Shown here in pieces: positions 26,451 through 39,620 of a DNA stretch of 64,000 bases. The stretch is from Malacoraja senta (Eukaryota), in the NCBI GenBank assembly GCA_038087875.1, contig CM075978.1, positions 33,418,001 through 33,482,000 on the forward strand, in the 5' to 3' direction. The position numbers and the translations under genes were made by a program. Position 1 is the first letter of the stretch, and every line of letters begins with the position of its first letter. A model generated the notes under the pieces. The model was not told the DNA's origin. It ran no database searches and was given only the letters and a program-made list of their open reading frames with translations.

Positions 26451-27462
26451 TTCATGTTACTTAAGTTAATCAAGACATTTCCTTGTAACATTAATGCATC
26501 ATGTAAAGTAGTATCTGCACAATCCATCAAATCACTCATAGTCCTCTGGCTCTGGTGGTAAAATTGATGGAGTGCTTTATGCATGTTTAATGTAGATTCT
26601 TTGGAGAGGTTAATACAATATAATGCAATTTTTGTTTGTTTTAATTCATGGATGAAATATGGGGATCACGGGCAAACCAGTGATATTGCCCAACTGTACG
26701 ACGAATGGCTTCATAATTCTTATTTTAACGTTTTGATTGGGAATGGAGATGAATTTAGGTCTGATGAGAAAAAGATGACAGTGAATCAGATTGGTTTTTC
26801 GAAAAAATACATCAGCCAAATGATTACTTTTTAGTTATATTAACTTTTTTTGTTTTTGCCTCCAGATTATTTGCGGAACAAAATTTAAGTTCTCAGACTA
26901 CCGCAGTAGGATTTGGTCACCAAATTAAAACACTAGTTTATGAAATAAGTAATATGGCCACTATAATTGTATACCTGTTTGGCTTAGAATCTGAATCTAA
27001 TGTTACTTGCAATTGTTAATAGTGCATAAATATTAGGCATTGCAAATATTAAATTTTAACAATACCTCATCTTTCACACTTAATTGTCAATTGACTATAT
27101 TTAAACTGCTATGCTGGAAATGGTTAAAGTAATTTTGTTTTAAGTTTTTGAGTATAAGTGGAAGGATTATATTGAAATGTAGATAAATTCTGAGTAGCCT
27201 TTAGTTGAAACCATGATTACGATGTAAGCGACAAACTGATGTGTTGTCAGATCTTTTCCAGCAGGTGGTTATTACTGAGTGCTTCTCCTGTGGCTTAGTG
27301 GTTCTTGCCTATTGAACATTTGCTGTGTCAAACCAAGATTAGTAAAGACTGAATAAAATGGTAATGTTTTGGTCCCTGAACTGTGCTGTCTTTGCAAAGC
27401 TTTGGAATGAAATCAATAGTTTACAACTGCTGTGGCTTTCAGTTCATGACTGTTAGCACGTA

Positions 27463-29653
27463 CAGTGCCCTCCATAATGTTTGGGACAAAGACCCGTCAT
27501 TTATTTATTTGCCTCTGTACTCCACAATTTGAGATTTGTAATAGAGAAAAAAAAATCACATGTGCTTAAAGTGCACATTGTCAGATTTTAATAAAGGCCA
27601 TTTTTATACATTTTGGTTTCACCATGTAGACATTACAGCAGTGTTTATACATAGTCCCCCATTTCAGGGCACCATAATCTTTGGGACACATGGCTTCACA
27701 GACGTTTGTAATTGCTCAGGTGTGTTTAATTGCCTCCTTAATGCAGGTATAAGAGAGCTTTTAGCACCTAGTCTTTCCATCACCTTTGGAAACTTTTATC
27801 GCTGTTTATCAACATGAGGACCAAAGTTGTGCCAATGATAGTCAAAGAAGCCATTATGAGACTGAAACAAGAATAAAACTGTTAAGCCTCTGTCCCACTT
27901 AGGCGATTTTTTTCGGCGACTACAGACGACTAAGCCGTCGCCACATGGTCGCGGGGTGACGCCTGTATGGTTGTGAGTAGCCTCTTCAAGTCGCCTAAAG
28001 AGTCGTAATGTTTTTCTGGTCGCCACTGGATTTTGGAATGTTCAAAACTTTTCGGCGACTGTGGGCTTGACGTAGCTTGTCTTCTCCTGTCGTAGGTGCT
28101 GTCGTAGGTTGTCGCCAGGATGACGCAGGTTGTCGCTAGGTAACGTTGGTTGTCGCCGGGTGCTGACTTTGGTGAATTCCATTGGCGACTACCTACATCA
28201 ACCGGCGACAGGTACCGGCGACTGAATTGTCTTCAGTTATCTTCAGTTGTCGCCGACAGGGTCGTTGCTTGTCATAGCTTGTCGCAGGTGGACGTATGTT
28301 GATTTTCGTTGTCGTAGGTGTGGTCGTAGGTGGGCGTCCTAATGGGTCGCCGGTTGGCTTATCTTGCCGTAGCTTGACGTCGACTAGGTGGTAGGTTGTT
28401 GTAGCTTGTCGTAGACATTGTCGTAGAGGAGGTCCAGTTCCTGCTTTTTCGGCGTCCTGCTACGACTGTGCCAGTCGCTGGCAGTTGCCGAAAAAATCAT
28501 GTAAGTGGGACGGCCCTTTAGAGACATCAACCAAACCTTAGGCTTACCAAAATTAACTGTAGCGGTAGTGGGCACGGGTGATCCACTGTAACTTCTCAGA
28601 AATGTAAACAAGCCTCGTTATCTCCTCCCATTTCATGTTTACATTTACCATCCACAATTCATCACATACCCAGAATCTTACTTTGCCGATTCCCACAAAC
28701 TTCTTCTGCACCTGGTCAAGCAAGAGCTGCCAATTGTCACATCCAAAACACCCTTTCATTACCTTGTTCAATTCCACTCAAAATTAAATACGAAAGGATA
28801 TTAATTTTTCTTCCACAGAGACGAATATTAACTTGTATCAGAGTGATGGCAAGCGCAAAGTATGGAGGAGAGAAGAAACTGCCCAAGATCCAAAGCATAC
28901 CACCTCATCTGTGAAACACGGTGGTGGGGGTGTTATGGTCTGGGCATGTATGGCTGCTGGAAGTACTGGCTCACTTATCTTCATTGATGATAGAACTGCT
29001 GATGGTAGAAGCATAATGAATTCTGAAGTGTATAGACACATCCTATTTGCACAAATTCAAACAAATGCCTCAAAACTCATTGGCCGGCAGTTCATTCTAC
29101 AGCAAGACAATGATCCCAAACATACTGCGAAAGCAACAAAGGAGTTTTTCAAAGCTAAAAAATTGTCTATTCTTGAGTGGCCAAGTCAATCACCCAATCT
29201 GAACCCAATTGAGCATGCCTTTTATATGCTGAAGAGAAAACTGAAGGGGACTAGCCCCCAAAACGTGTGTAAGCTAAAGATGGCTGCAATACAGGCCTGG
29301 CAGAGCATCATCAGAGAAGACACCCAGCAACTGGTGATGTCCATGAATCGCAGACTTCAAGCAGTCATTGCATGCAAAGGATATGCAACAAAACACTAAA
29401 CATGACTACTTTAATTTACATGACATTGCTGTGTCCCAAACATTATGGTGCCCTGAAATGGGGATACTATGTATAAACACTGCTGTAATTTCTACATGGT
29501 GAAACCAAAATGTATAAAAATGGCCTTTATTAAAATCTGACAATGTGCACTTTAAACACGTGTGATTTTTTCTATTACAAATATCAAATTATGCAATACA
29601 GAGGCAAATAAATAAGTGATGGGTCTTTGTCCCAAACATTATGGAGGGCACTG
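27463..29653 (+). mobile_element. Tc1 DNA transposon, IR/DR type, defective
   Basis: About 225-bp TIRs (cagtgccctccataatgtttgggacaaag, with an inner direct repeat); TA TSD; transposase N-terminus from ~27814 and catalytic part 28833-29399 (KHGGG, QQDNDPKH, WPSQSPNLNPIE). Confidence 0.95.
27885..28517. mobile_element. PIF/Harbinger-type MITE nested in the Tc1 transposase gene
   Basis: Imperfect TIR ..gtcccactta..gatttttt; TTA TSD (27882-27884, 28518-28520); removing it rejoins aaaactgttagagacatc. Confidence 0.85.
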
Positions 29654-30399
29654 TACATAAGGAATAAAATATTTGCAGATCCATGGTAACACTGACCTCA
29701 TTTTATTCAGTTTGCTTGACAAAAAACAGAAGCTGTTCTTTGTTATTGGGATATCTGATTGTAGCACTTGAGCTATATATAAAATAAAATACAGATTTTT
29801 TTTTTGCGCAGCACTTAAATTATTTGCAGGAAGTATGAAAAATAATTTGGAATGATAACAAGGTATCCTTACAACCACCTTGGAACACTGAAGAAAACTA
29901 TCTTGTGGTCTAATTAAATAGCATTTAATGGCATTTTTATATGCCTTTCATAACTTTGGTCTGAGTTACAAAAAAATATTTAACATTTTCTGTAGTTTTT
30001 CATTGACGGCTTTCTGACCAAAATATGTTTTTAATGCATGAATACCTCTTGTTAACTATTGATAGGCAGCCAAACGTAACTATGTGTAGGATGAAATTAA
30101 AAATACCATCTTATTTATATTGCTGTATTTAATAAACTAATGTTGCAACTGCCTTTATCAACATTTTATGATCTCAGTTAAGTTTGATTTGCCTGTTTGC
30201 TTAGTCCTGAACAACAGTAATACAATAAAATAAATGACTGTATTCAGTTTCTTTTTCGATAAACTTATTCTCTTAGTTGTGATTGTATTACTACTTCATT
30301 ATAGGAGGTAAACCAACAATCTGCTGTTTGTTGTGTGTGATTATTGTGCTTTCTTTTGTCTTGGTTTATAGTGCAGTAGTGATGGCAGATAGAACGATA

Positions 30400-31975
30400 C
30401 CTTTTCCTCCTGCAGGATGTGGGAAGTCAGGGAAACTGCTGGTGTCCATGATAACTACACCTGTGGGAATTGTGTCCAGGTGCACCTCCTGACACGCCAC
30501 ATTAGGGAACTGGAGCTGCAGCTGGACAACCTTGGGATCATACGGGAGAATGAGAGCTTCATAGATGGGTATTATAGTGAGGTGATCTTATAGAGGTGTT
30601 TAAATCATGAGGGGAATAGATTGGGTAGACGCACAGAGTATGTGAATCGAGGACATAGGTTTAAGGTGAAGGAATGATTTAATAGGAATCTGAGGGGTAA
30701 TCTTTTCACACAAAGGGGTGGTGGCTGTATGGAACAAACTGGCAGAGGAGGTAGTTGAGGCAGGGACTATCCAAACATTTAAGAGACCGGTACATGGATA
30801 GGTTTGGAGGGATATGGACCAAACGCGGGCAGGTGGGACTAGTGTATCTGGGACATGTTGGCTGGTGTGGGCAAGTTCGGCCGAAGGGCCTGTTTCCAGA
30901 CTGTATCACTCTATGACGATGGTCATGCCTGAGGCACAGGAAGAGAGTAGGTGAGTGACCATGAGGAAAGGGAGTAGACAAAGCGTGCAGGTGACACCTG
31001 TGACCATTTCCCTTCAAAACAGTTATACCCTTTAAGATACTGTTGGAATGGATGTCCCGTTTGGCATGAGAGCAATAGCACGCAGGGCTGTGGCACTGGG
31101 CGTGGCTCTGAGGTGCAGCGGGGAAGGGTAGTGGCAAGCAGAGCCATAGTCGTAGGAGATTCGCTAGTTATGGGAGCAGACAGGAGATTCTTTGGCAGCG
31201 ATCGAGATGCCAGGAAGATATGTTGCCTCCTTGGTGCCAGTGTATCTTGCCATTCGCAAGGGGGAGGGTTCAGCCAGAAGTCATTGTGCATCTTGGCCCA
31301 AATGACATAGATAGGAAAGGGGATGAGGTCCTTCAAAATGATTATAGGGAGTTAGGCAAAAGGGAAGTGATCTCTGGATTATTCCTAGTGCCACATTCTA
31401 GTGAAGGTAGGAACAGGAAGATAGGACAGATAAATGCTTAGGACAGATGAAGGCAGGTTTGCTATTGGTGGGTTTAAACTAGATTGGCAGGAGGGTGTGA
31501 TCCAATGCAGGACTGAGGCAGATGAGAGGCTGGACGTCAGTATGAAAGGTGATGAAAGAAAGTTCAGTGGACAGAATATGCAGTGGTACGGCAGGGAGCA
31601 AGGAAGGACTGTTTGATTGAATTTTATTTATTTTAATGCAAGAGGCCTGACGGGTAAGGTGGGTGAACTCAGGGTGAGGACAGTTGCATGTGACTGGGAC
31701 AAATGGCATGACAGTGGAACTGAAAAATAAAAAGATGATCACATTGTTGGGCGTGTACTATAAGCTCCCAAATAGTCAACGGGAATTAGAAGTGAAATAT
31801 GCTAGGGGATTACAGGCAGTTGCAAGACAAATAATGTTGTCATAGTAGGCAATTTAAAGTTTAATAATGGGATTATCATCATGCCAAGGGCTTAGACGGG
31901 GTGGAATCTGTCAAATGTGTTCAAGAAAGTTTCTTCGCGCAGTACGTCGAGGGCCATTCACAGAAGAGAGCAAAT
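30400..31975 (+). mobile_element. Decayed CR1 5' region (ORF1 Zn-finger/esterase, start of APE) with a nested CR1 3' fragment at 30582-30917
   Basis: AIVVGDSLV..DRRFFG..CCL, EVIVHLGPNDI, YFNAR, KCVQESF. Confidence 0.75.
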
Positions 31976-32747
31976 GTACTGTTTCAAATAGCACCCCTAG
32001 AAAACCAGATAGTCAAATTCATCTAGGCCTAGAAATTCAGCCATGAAGCATTTGTCCTTTTATGTGCTTCACTATTTACTTAAAGTGAAAAATCAATTGG
32101 CATTTCATATCATGTACTGCATCAAAGCAACTTTGAATTGGTTATTCCTATGCAGATGATGTGCATACATACAGACCATTGTGCACAAAGCATTGACATC
32201 AGTTGTGCAATCCCTATTTTATATCAGTGCTGCAACATTGGAGATTTAATGCAGAGGATCCAGTTAGGGAAGCATACCTTAATAAAAATAAGAAATTCCA
32301 TGTGCACTTGAAGAGACAGATCCTCCTGCATCAATGTTGTTGCAATATGGTGGGATAGTCATTAATTTGCTGAATTATTTAGTGTTTTTAAAGCAGTGCA
32401 TAACCTTATGGCCTTTGACAGGAGTGTGGCAGTTTGAGGTAAATCATGCCAGGACAGGTGCAGGAGCAACAATCTTAGTAAGAATACTGGGACAGGATGA
32501 GCAGGCCCATGAATTCTACAACCCTCAACTGGATATCGTGGTAGCACAGGTGAACACCTGGAGAGAGAGCTAGAAGCAAATGACGCCTGCCTCTCTCCAT
32601 CACATCAGAAAAACCATATGTCGCACAAACAAAACACTGAATAATCTAGTCCATTAGAAGAGAATCCATCCATTTTTATTCACAGGATGTATTAGACCAG
32701 TCAAGGCCAGTATTCATTGTCCATCCTTAAATAAGTGATTTGCTAGA

Positions 32748-33050
32748 TAAGAAGGTACAGGAGCCTGAAAACTGTAACATCCAGGTTCAGGAACAGCGTC
32801 TTCCCTACAACCATCAGGCTGTAGGGAAGCACTACAACCTCAAATAAGCTCTGAACTACAATAGACTATTATTATTATTATTGTACTACTATTGTATGTG
32901 TGTATATATATAATATATGTGTACGTACTTGTGAGTGTGTATATACACACTGAACTTTTTTCCTCGTTTATCATATTGTTTACAGTGTACTATGTTTACA
33001 TATTCTGTTGTGCTGCAGCAAGTAAGAATTTAATTGTTCTATCTGAGACA
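32748..33050 (+). mobile_element. Rex1/Babar 3' end, tail interrupted by a Helitron-like element
   Basis: agaaggtacaggagcctgaaa...ttcaggaacagc; tail resumes at 34323 (taaaacactcttgactc). Confidence 0.75.
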
Positions 33051-34322
33051 TCTATCTATATTACTATTACTAAAACTCTTCGTCTTGTTTGTGGCTGTAT
33101 GTGTGTATGTATGTATGCCAATTTCTATTTTCCTATTTTCTTCCAAACGCCACAGCCTTCCCATTTTCACACATTCTACTCACATTTTTCCCGTCAAGGC
33201 GATAAGCATCTTCCCGTCGCATTCCCACCTATATTTCCGCACTTTTTAATAGTTTAAAGTTTTAAAAAAAACCAGAAAACTCACACATTTCGGAAAAAAC
33301 TCCGAGTGACATCACAATGGACTTGCAAGGTAGGACGGGACACTCCGGGAGGGAGGGGCACTCCAGTGCTCGTGCGGAGGCTGGCGGCACCCGACACCCG
33401 GTGGCGAGGATGGAGCCGCGAGCCCTGGCTGGAGCCGCGCCTGGTGCTCGAGCTGGGGTGAGAGGCCGGGGCCGAAAAAAAAGCCGCCGCTGGAACCAAG
33501 TCAGGGCCAGGCCAAGTACAAGAGCCAGACTGAGTTCCAGGCCCTGCCGCTGTTCTACGACCTGGGTAGGTCCTGGGGCAGGGAATGGGAGTGAGGGGAG
33601 GAGGATGAGGGAAATGAGGATGGGGTGGGGCGGTAGAGGGGGATGGGGGGGGGTGTAGAAGAGGGAGATGCCCCCTCCCTATCTACCCTCACTCCCACCC
33701 TAACTACCCCCTCCCTCTCCCTCTCTACCCTCCTCCCTCTCCCCTCCCTCTCTACCCCCCTCCCTCGCCCTCTCCCTCTCTACCCTCCCTCCCCCCAACT
33801 CTACCCCCCTCCCTCTCTACCCCCTCCCTCTCTCTACCTCTACCCCCTCCCTCTCTGCCCCTCTCTCAGCCTCTCTCCCTCTCTACCCCCTCCCCCTCCC
33901 TCTCTACTCCCTTCCCTCTCTCTACCCCCTCCCCCTCCCTCTCTGCCCCACCTCCTTCTCTACCCCCTCTCTAGGAATTGAAGAAGGAGGGTGAAGAGTA
34001 AGAGGAGGGAGTGCTGGGGGATGAGGAGAAATGAGCCATGCCAGTGCAGTTGGGGGCCATGCTTGAGTGGTGCAATATTGCATTGGGGGCTTGCGTTGGG
34101 GGAACGGGTGAGTGGTGGAATCTTACGTTGGGTGAGCAGACTGCACAGTAATGCCTCCATCTTCTATGTCACAACGGGAATCTGTCAGCCGCGCCTGCGC
34201 AGTTGGGAGCTATGGGTGAGTGGTGGAATATTGCGTTCGGGGTCCAGCTCTCCCTTGTGACGCCTCACCCCCCCCCCCCTCCCACGTTGGGGGACGGGTC
34301 CCAACGGGTCCCACTTGGTCTA
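33051..34322 (+). mobile_element. Non-autonomous Helitron-like element
   Basis: Starts TC (tctatctatattact) after an A; no TSD; subterminal GGGAC..GTCCC hairpin then ttggtcta (degenerate CTAG); internal CpG-rich segment and CT-rich repeat. Confidence 0.6.
33670..33972. repeat. Polypyrimidine (ctctaccccctcc)n low-complexity repeat
   Basis: About 300 bp almost entirely C/T with a recurring ctctacccc unit. Confidence 0.9.
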
Positions 34323-34577
34323 TAAAACACTCTTGACTCGAATTTGTGAGGGCAGTTAAAACCAAGCACAGATCTTTCGGTATGAAAACACACATGCCAC
34401 ATGGTAGATATCTCTAAAATACATCCGGTGGATGTTTATGGCAATTGGTAGTCTCATGGTGCTAGCTTTTTAACTTATGCTTTAATTAATTCAATTTAGT
34501 TTTCCCTGGTTTTAATGGCATTTGAAGTTATGTCTCAAAATTATTATTCCAAGTCCTCTGTATTATTGGTTCAGTAA

Positions 34578-34790
<213 letters not shown>

Positions 34791-35828
34791 TGAACTTGTT
34801 TAAATTAGCTATAGTGATAGCATACTTGTGGATTTTTAAAAACTCGTTTGACATTTCTTATCCACTCCCATACAAAAATATTTCCATTCCACCAATTTTA
34901 TGTATCATAGACATGGTAGTGTTTTATGGTGATTTTGAAAAGACGTGGAATGCTGGCACACACACACTCCCCCCCCCCTCCATTAATTGACATACAAAAA
35001 GGTACAGCAGAAGTCTTTTGCATTTACTCTTGATTATCATGTACAGGTGCTTTCAGAATAGTGTCTGTGAAGATTAAGGAATATATCGCTGTTTCCTGGT
35101 CAATAGAAAGAAGGATGCCACAACATTGTGACAATCTAGCTTTTCTGTTCATTATCGCATAGATACAGTTCAGATGATAAGTTTTGTTAAACGAAATGGC
35201 GCACAGGGAGACTTAAGTGCCGGCCATCCTTCTCTCATTTGCCAAACACTTCATTGGTAGTTAAAAATTGAGGATGAGCAGATGCACTCATTTGCTGACC
35301 AATCAACTTGGAAGATGACTTACAACTGCCCAGAATAATTGGATAACATTTTTAATGGTGCAGATTAAGGCCCTGTGCTCATATTTAATTGTAACTTTCA
35401 AATTGAACTATGTAAAACATGCATGGAGTATTAGATGTTCTCTATGACTACGTTTATTAATGATTTGGATGAGAATATAGTTTGCATGGTTGGTAAATTT
35501 ATAAATACATTGTTCAAAAGACATTTAGACAGGCATACAGATAGAAAAGGTTTTGAGCGATATGGGGCAAATGCAGACAAATGGGACTTGCTCAGACAGG
35601 CCACTTGGTTGGCATGGATGAGTTGGGCTGAAGGGCCTGTTTCCATGCAGAATAATTCTATGATCCGAGAAAGTTATTTTAACTGGCTCCTCATACTTGC
35701 CTCCCTTCAGCATCAACCCCCATTGCTTTTGTTAGAATCCAGCATCTACATTCTCTTCAGTCTTCTCTCTGCTGAAAACATTGCTAACTTTGCAGTTCAG
35801 GACCATCACAGTGAGTGGCAGGGCTCTG

Positions 35829-36689
35829 GAACACAATTTCTCATCCATAAAATTATACTCACTCAGCTGTATGTATTCTGTTACCATTTCCTTCATTTTC
35901 CTAACAAACTGTCCTGAAGTCATTTTCATCCCCAATATTTTCAGTATTTTGCTGTCTTCCTCTCAGCTTGGACTTTTCCAAAATGCAAAGTCCAATAACT
36001 ATATATTTAAGCAATATTATTCTATGAAATGTGATCTGGAGAGTACATAATATTTTCTGTGGTGTTCATAACACAACAATGATAAAAATATCTTTGTTTT
36101 GATTGCACCTACCAACATGCATACATTATTATATTACAGTTAATATGTACCGATGGCAAATTTTTGTTCCAATGCTCCCCATTCCCAATTACTTTTACAT
36201 TGAAGTGATTGAAATCCAAGTGAAGTTTAAATGGCAACAGAAAAATAAAACCTCCGGAATGGATGATATTCATTACATGGTTGGTCGGAGTCAGTATCAG
36301 CACAATTACTATATTAAACTTTGAATCTTCAGATGTCCTGGTTCAAGCTAAACCTAAAGACAAATAATAACCTCCTCACACATTCCCCTGCAAGTATCTC
36401 TGTCACTCCTTTAAAATATGCGCCTTCTTTGAACAAGCTCTTAAACACCGCATCTGAATCAGCTTCCATCTGATTACACTCCTTGAGGATGTTCATCTAC
36501 GTGTTCAATTAAAAAAATAACGAGATTGGGGACATTTCTATTCAACCTGTCAAAGGAATTTGGGGGGGGGGAGGGGGTTAAAAATAGTCAGTGAGGTAAA
36601 CAAACATAATAGTTGAGTGGCAAATGACAATAGTGCTACCTTCCCAATATTTAACTGAAGGAAATAATGGGTTACCGGGGCTGTATGTT
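35829..36689 (+). repeat. Dispersed 860-bp repeat, copy 1 (EGLN3 intron 2)
   Basis: Colinear with 52606-53470, roughly 90% identical by eye. Confidence 0.9.
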
Positions 36690-37154
36690 GTGACAGACAG
36701 CCTGACACCTTGCATGTAATTTTAATATTACACTTATCCCATCCCCCTGGATATTCCGGATGAATAAATTAAGGTTTTGTTAATTAATTACAAATCAGGC
36801 TAATTACAAATCAATAACATTAACCAACTCCGAAACATGAAGCGCTGAGCATTGGGATCCAGACGTCAATCACGGACAACTGGCCTCCGTTCCCCGCTCA
36901 CATCTGGCAGTGTTCTCCTTCTGAACCAGGGGCCATGGAGCATTTTTGAAAGTGGGGGGGGGGGGGGGCTGAGCGATCACTGATCACTGGCCTTGGGGGT
37001 ACCCAGCGAGGGAGTGGAGCAACTGAGTGTGGGAGGGGTGTATCCCCCCTCCCACGGTTGGGACTTTTTGAAATCGATATATTAAAATCATGTTTTAGTG
37101 CATTGTAGTAGTGTAATTTCAATGTTTTTTGTTTGAAGTATTTTTAAGAGATAA

Positions 37155-37681
37155 CTTTTTAAGGGGTAACTTTTTCCACACAAAGGGTGGTGGGTGTATG
37201 GAACAAGCTGCCAGAGGAGGTAGTTGAGGCAGAGACTATCCCAACATTTAAGAAACAGTTAGATTGATACATGGATAGGACAGGTTTGGAGGGATATGGA
37301 CCAAAAGCAGGTAGTGTAGCTGGGACATGTTGGCGGGTGTGGGCAAGTTGCGCAGAAGGGCCTGTTTTCACATTGTATCACTCTATGACTACATTATAGT
37401 TCCACCATGCATGAATGCTTCAAAATCAAGTGGTCGAGTTTTATTGCCATATACTCAAGCATAGAAACATAGAAAATAGGTTCAAGAACAGGTCATTCGG
37501 CCCTTCGAGCCAGCACTGCCATTCAATATGATCATGGCTGTTCATCCACAATCAATACCCCGTTCCTGCCTTCTCACCGTATCCCTTGTCTCCGCTATCT
37601 TTAAGAGCTCTGTCGAGTTCTCTCTTGAAAGCATCCAGAGAGCCAGCCTCCACCGCCCTCTTAGACAGAAAATTCCACAGA
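37155..37681. mobile_element. Two tail-to-tail CR1 3' fragments (37155-37390 +, 37461-37681 -)
   Basis: CR1 3' motifs with ctctatgact and catagaaacatag tails. Confidence 0.85.
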
Positions 37682-38777
37682 CACCCTAGTAGTACACAGA
37701 GTCGCCAGTTTGGCACCATTTTCAAGTCCCAGTTGTTGTAAGTACAGGGTTCTTGACCTGACAGTAAAGGCCCGTTGTCCTGGCGGCGTTGAAGGCTCAG
37801 CCTGGTAAAGCGTAGCAATGGTGTCGTCTGCTGCTGCTCCACCACTGTAAGCCGTGTCCTGTCCACGCGCTCGGCCTCTTGGAGCAGCACCTGGTCCAGC
37901 CGAGCGCTCGGCTGCTGCAGGGCCTCCAGCTGCCCACTCCACCATAGAGGCAGTGCTCCCCTTCCCGCAGAGGTCTGCTTACCGTCCCGCCGTCTGACTC
38001 CTTCCACTCTAGGCAGGTGAGCCGGGCCTTCCAGGTGGGTTCCCAATCCGCGGTGTGGGTCCTTGATCTGTAGCAGGTGAACTGGGCTTTCTGGGCTAGT
38101 TCCGGTCTGCAGCGTGGGTCCTCTTGTCCATGACGGGTGATCTGGGATTTCCAGGCCGGTCTTCGGTCTGCGAGCTGGACCTTTGTGGCGAGCCCTCGAT
38201 CTTCTGTCCATGGCAGACAGTCCGGGCCTGCTGGCCGCCGGTATATAACGTCATTGTTTAAAGCCTACAATTCATTATGAAAATATTGAGTTCTGAACCT
38301 GGAAGTAATTTGAACTTTCCAATTTGTGTTGGCCAGGCACCATGGACACATTGCCCATAGCATGTCTGATCCAAACATCTTCCTCATAATTTTTTGCTCT
38401 TCACCAAAGAGGAGGATATTTTGAAAAACATGCAAACTTGCATGTTGGCAATGATTCCACAATTCCACTCTATCTGCACTAGAGATCTGCCAGCAATGAC
38501 TGTGGCTGGGTATTTCTGCTGGAAGAAGCTATTCAATGTCATTTTATGCTAGGAGTATATTGTGTCCTAATATATACAACATAGAACATATTTTCTGCAC
38601 AATAACATAATAACAATAAGCATAATAAGCTAAATAACTTAACCATTGTCGACTTTACACCATGATTTATGTTGGAACAGTGACCATCATAAAAGTTCAC
38701 ACCAAAACATAAAATAGAGCATAATTTTCTTCCCAGATTACATGGTTCTTAGTATGTCTGTTGAACGCACTTTTTAG

Positions 38778-38936
<159 letters not shown>

Positions 38937-39339
38937 TAGGGCTAGCAAACAAGCCGTACAAAGATTCCTTAATGTAATTTTCTCTCGCTGACGACAATTG
39001 TTTCGATTGTTTTCAACTGGAGAAGTTGTAAATTATTTTGCAAACTTGAACCAGAGCTTTAATACAGTAACGTTATAGTTGTGACTAATTAATAAATGAC
39101 AATCTAGCTTGCGTGTCCAGGCCAATAATTTTGTTAAAGAGTATCATTTAGCGATTCAGTTTTGTCAGAGATTAAATTTCTGCACTGTACAAAAATACCA
39201 ACTCCTGCTCAAGCTTTGAGCACTGGAAGAATTTTGACACAAGGATTCCTGAACAGCTACACCCTTAAATATTAACTGATATTGGCCAAATTTACATATC
39301 TCAATGATCTGACAGAAGGAGGCATAAAAATGAAAGTAA

Positions 39340-39620
39340 CGGTGGCGCAGCAGTAGATGTGCTGTCTTACAGTGGCAGAGACCAGGGTTTGATCCTGAAT
39401 ATGCTCTCTGTACGGAGTTAGTACGTTCTCCCTGTGACCACGCGGGTTTTCTCCGGGTGCTCTGGTTTCCTCTCACATTCCAAAGGCGTGCAGTTTTGTA
39501 GGTTAATTGGCTTCTGTAAATTGTCCATAGCGTGTAGAATAGAACGTTAACGGATGATTGCTGGTCAGTGCGGACTCAGTGGGCTAAGGATCTATTTCCA
39601 GGCAACTAAACTAAACTAAA
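39340..39620 (+). mobile_element. HE1-type V-SINE
   Basis: A/B boxes, V-domain, (ACTAA)n tail. Confidence 0.85.

Noticed and set aside
33317-33981. GC-rich ORFs as possible EGLN3 exon 1
   Set aside because: No PHD motifs; they lie inside a Helitron-like repeat and a low-complexity tract.
37552-38211. 219-aa minus-strand ORF in EGLN3 intron 2
   Set aside because: GC-rich repeat fused to a CR1 tail (ends ELDRALKDSG..GEKAGTGY); no recognisable domain.
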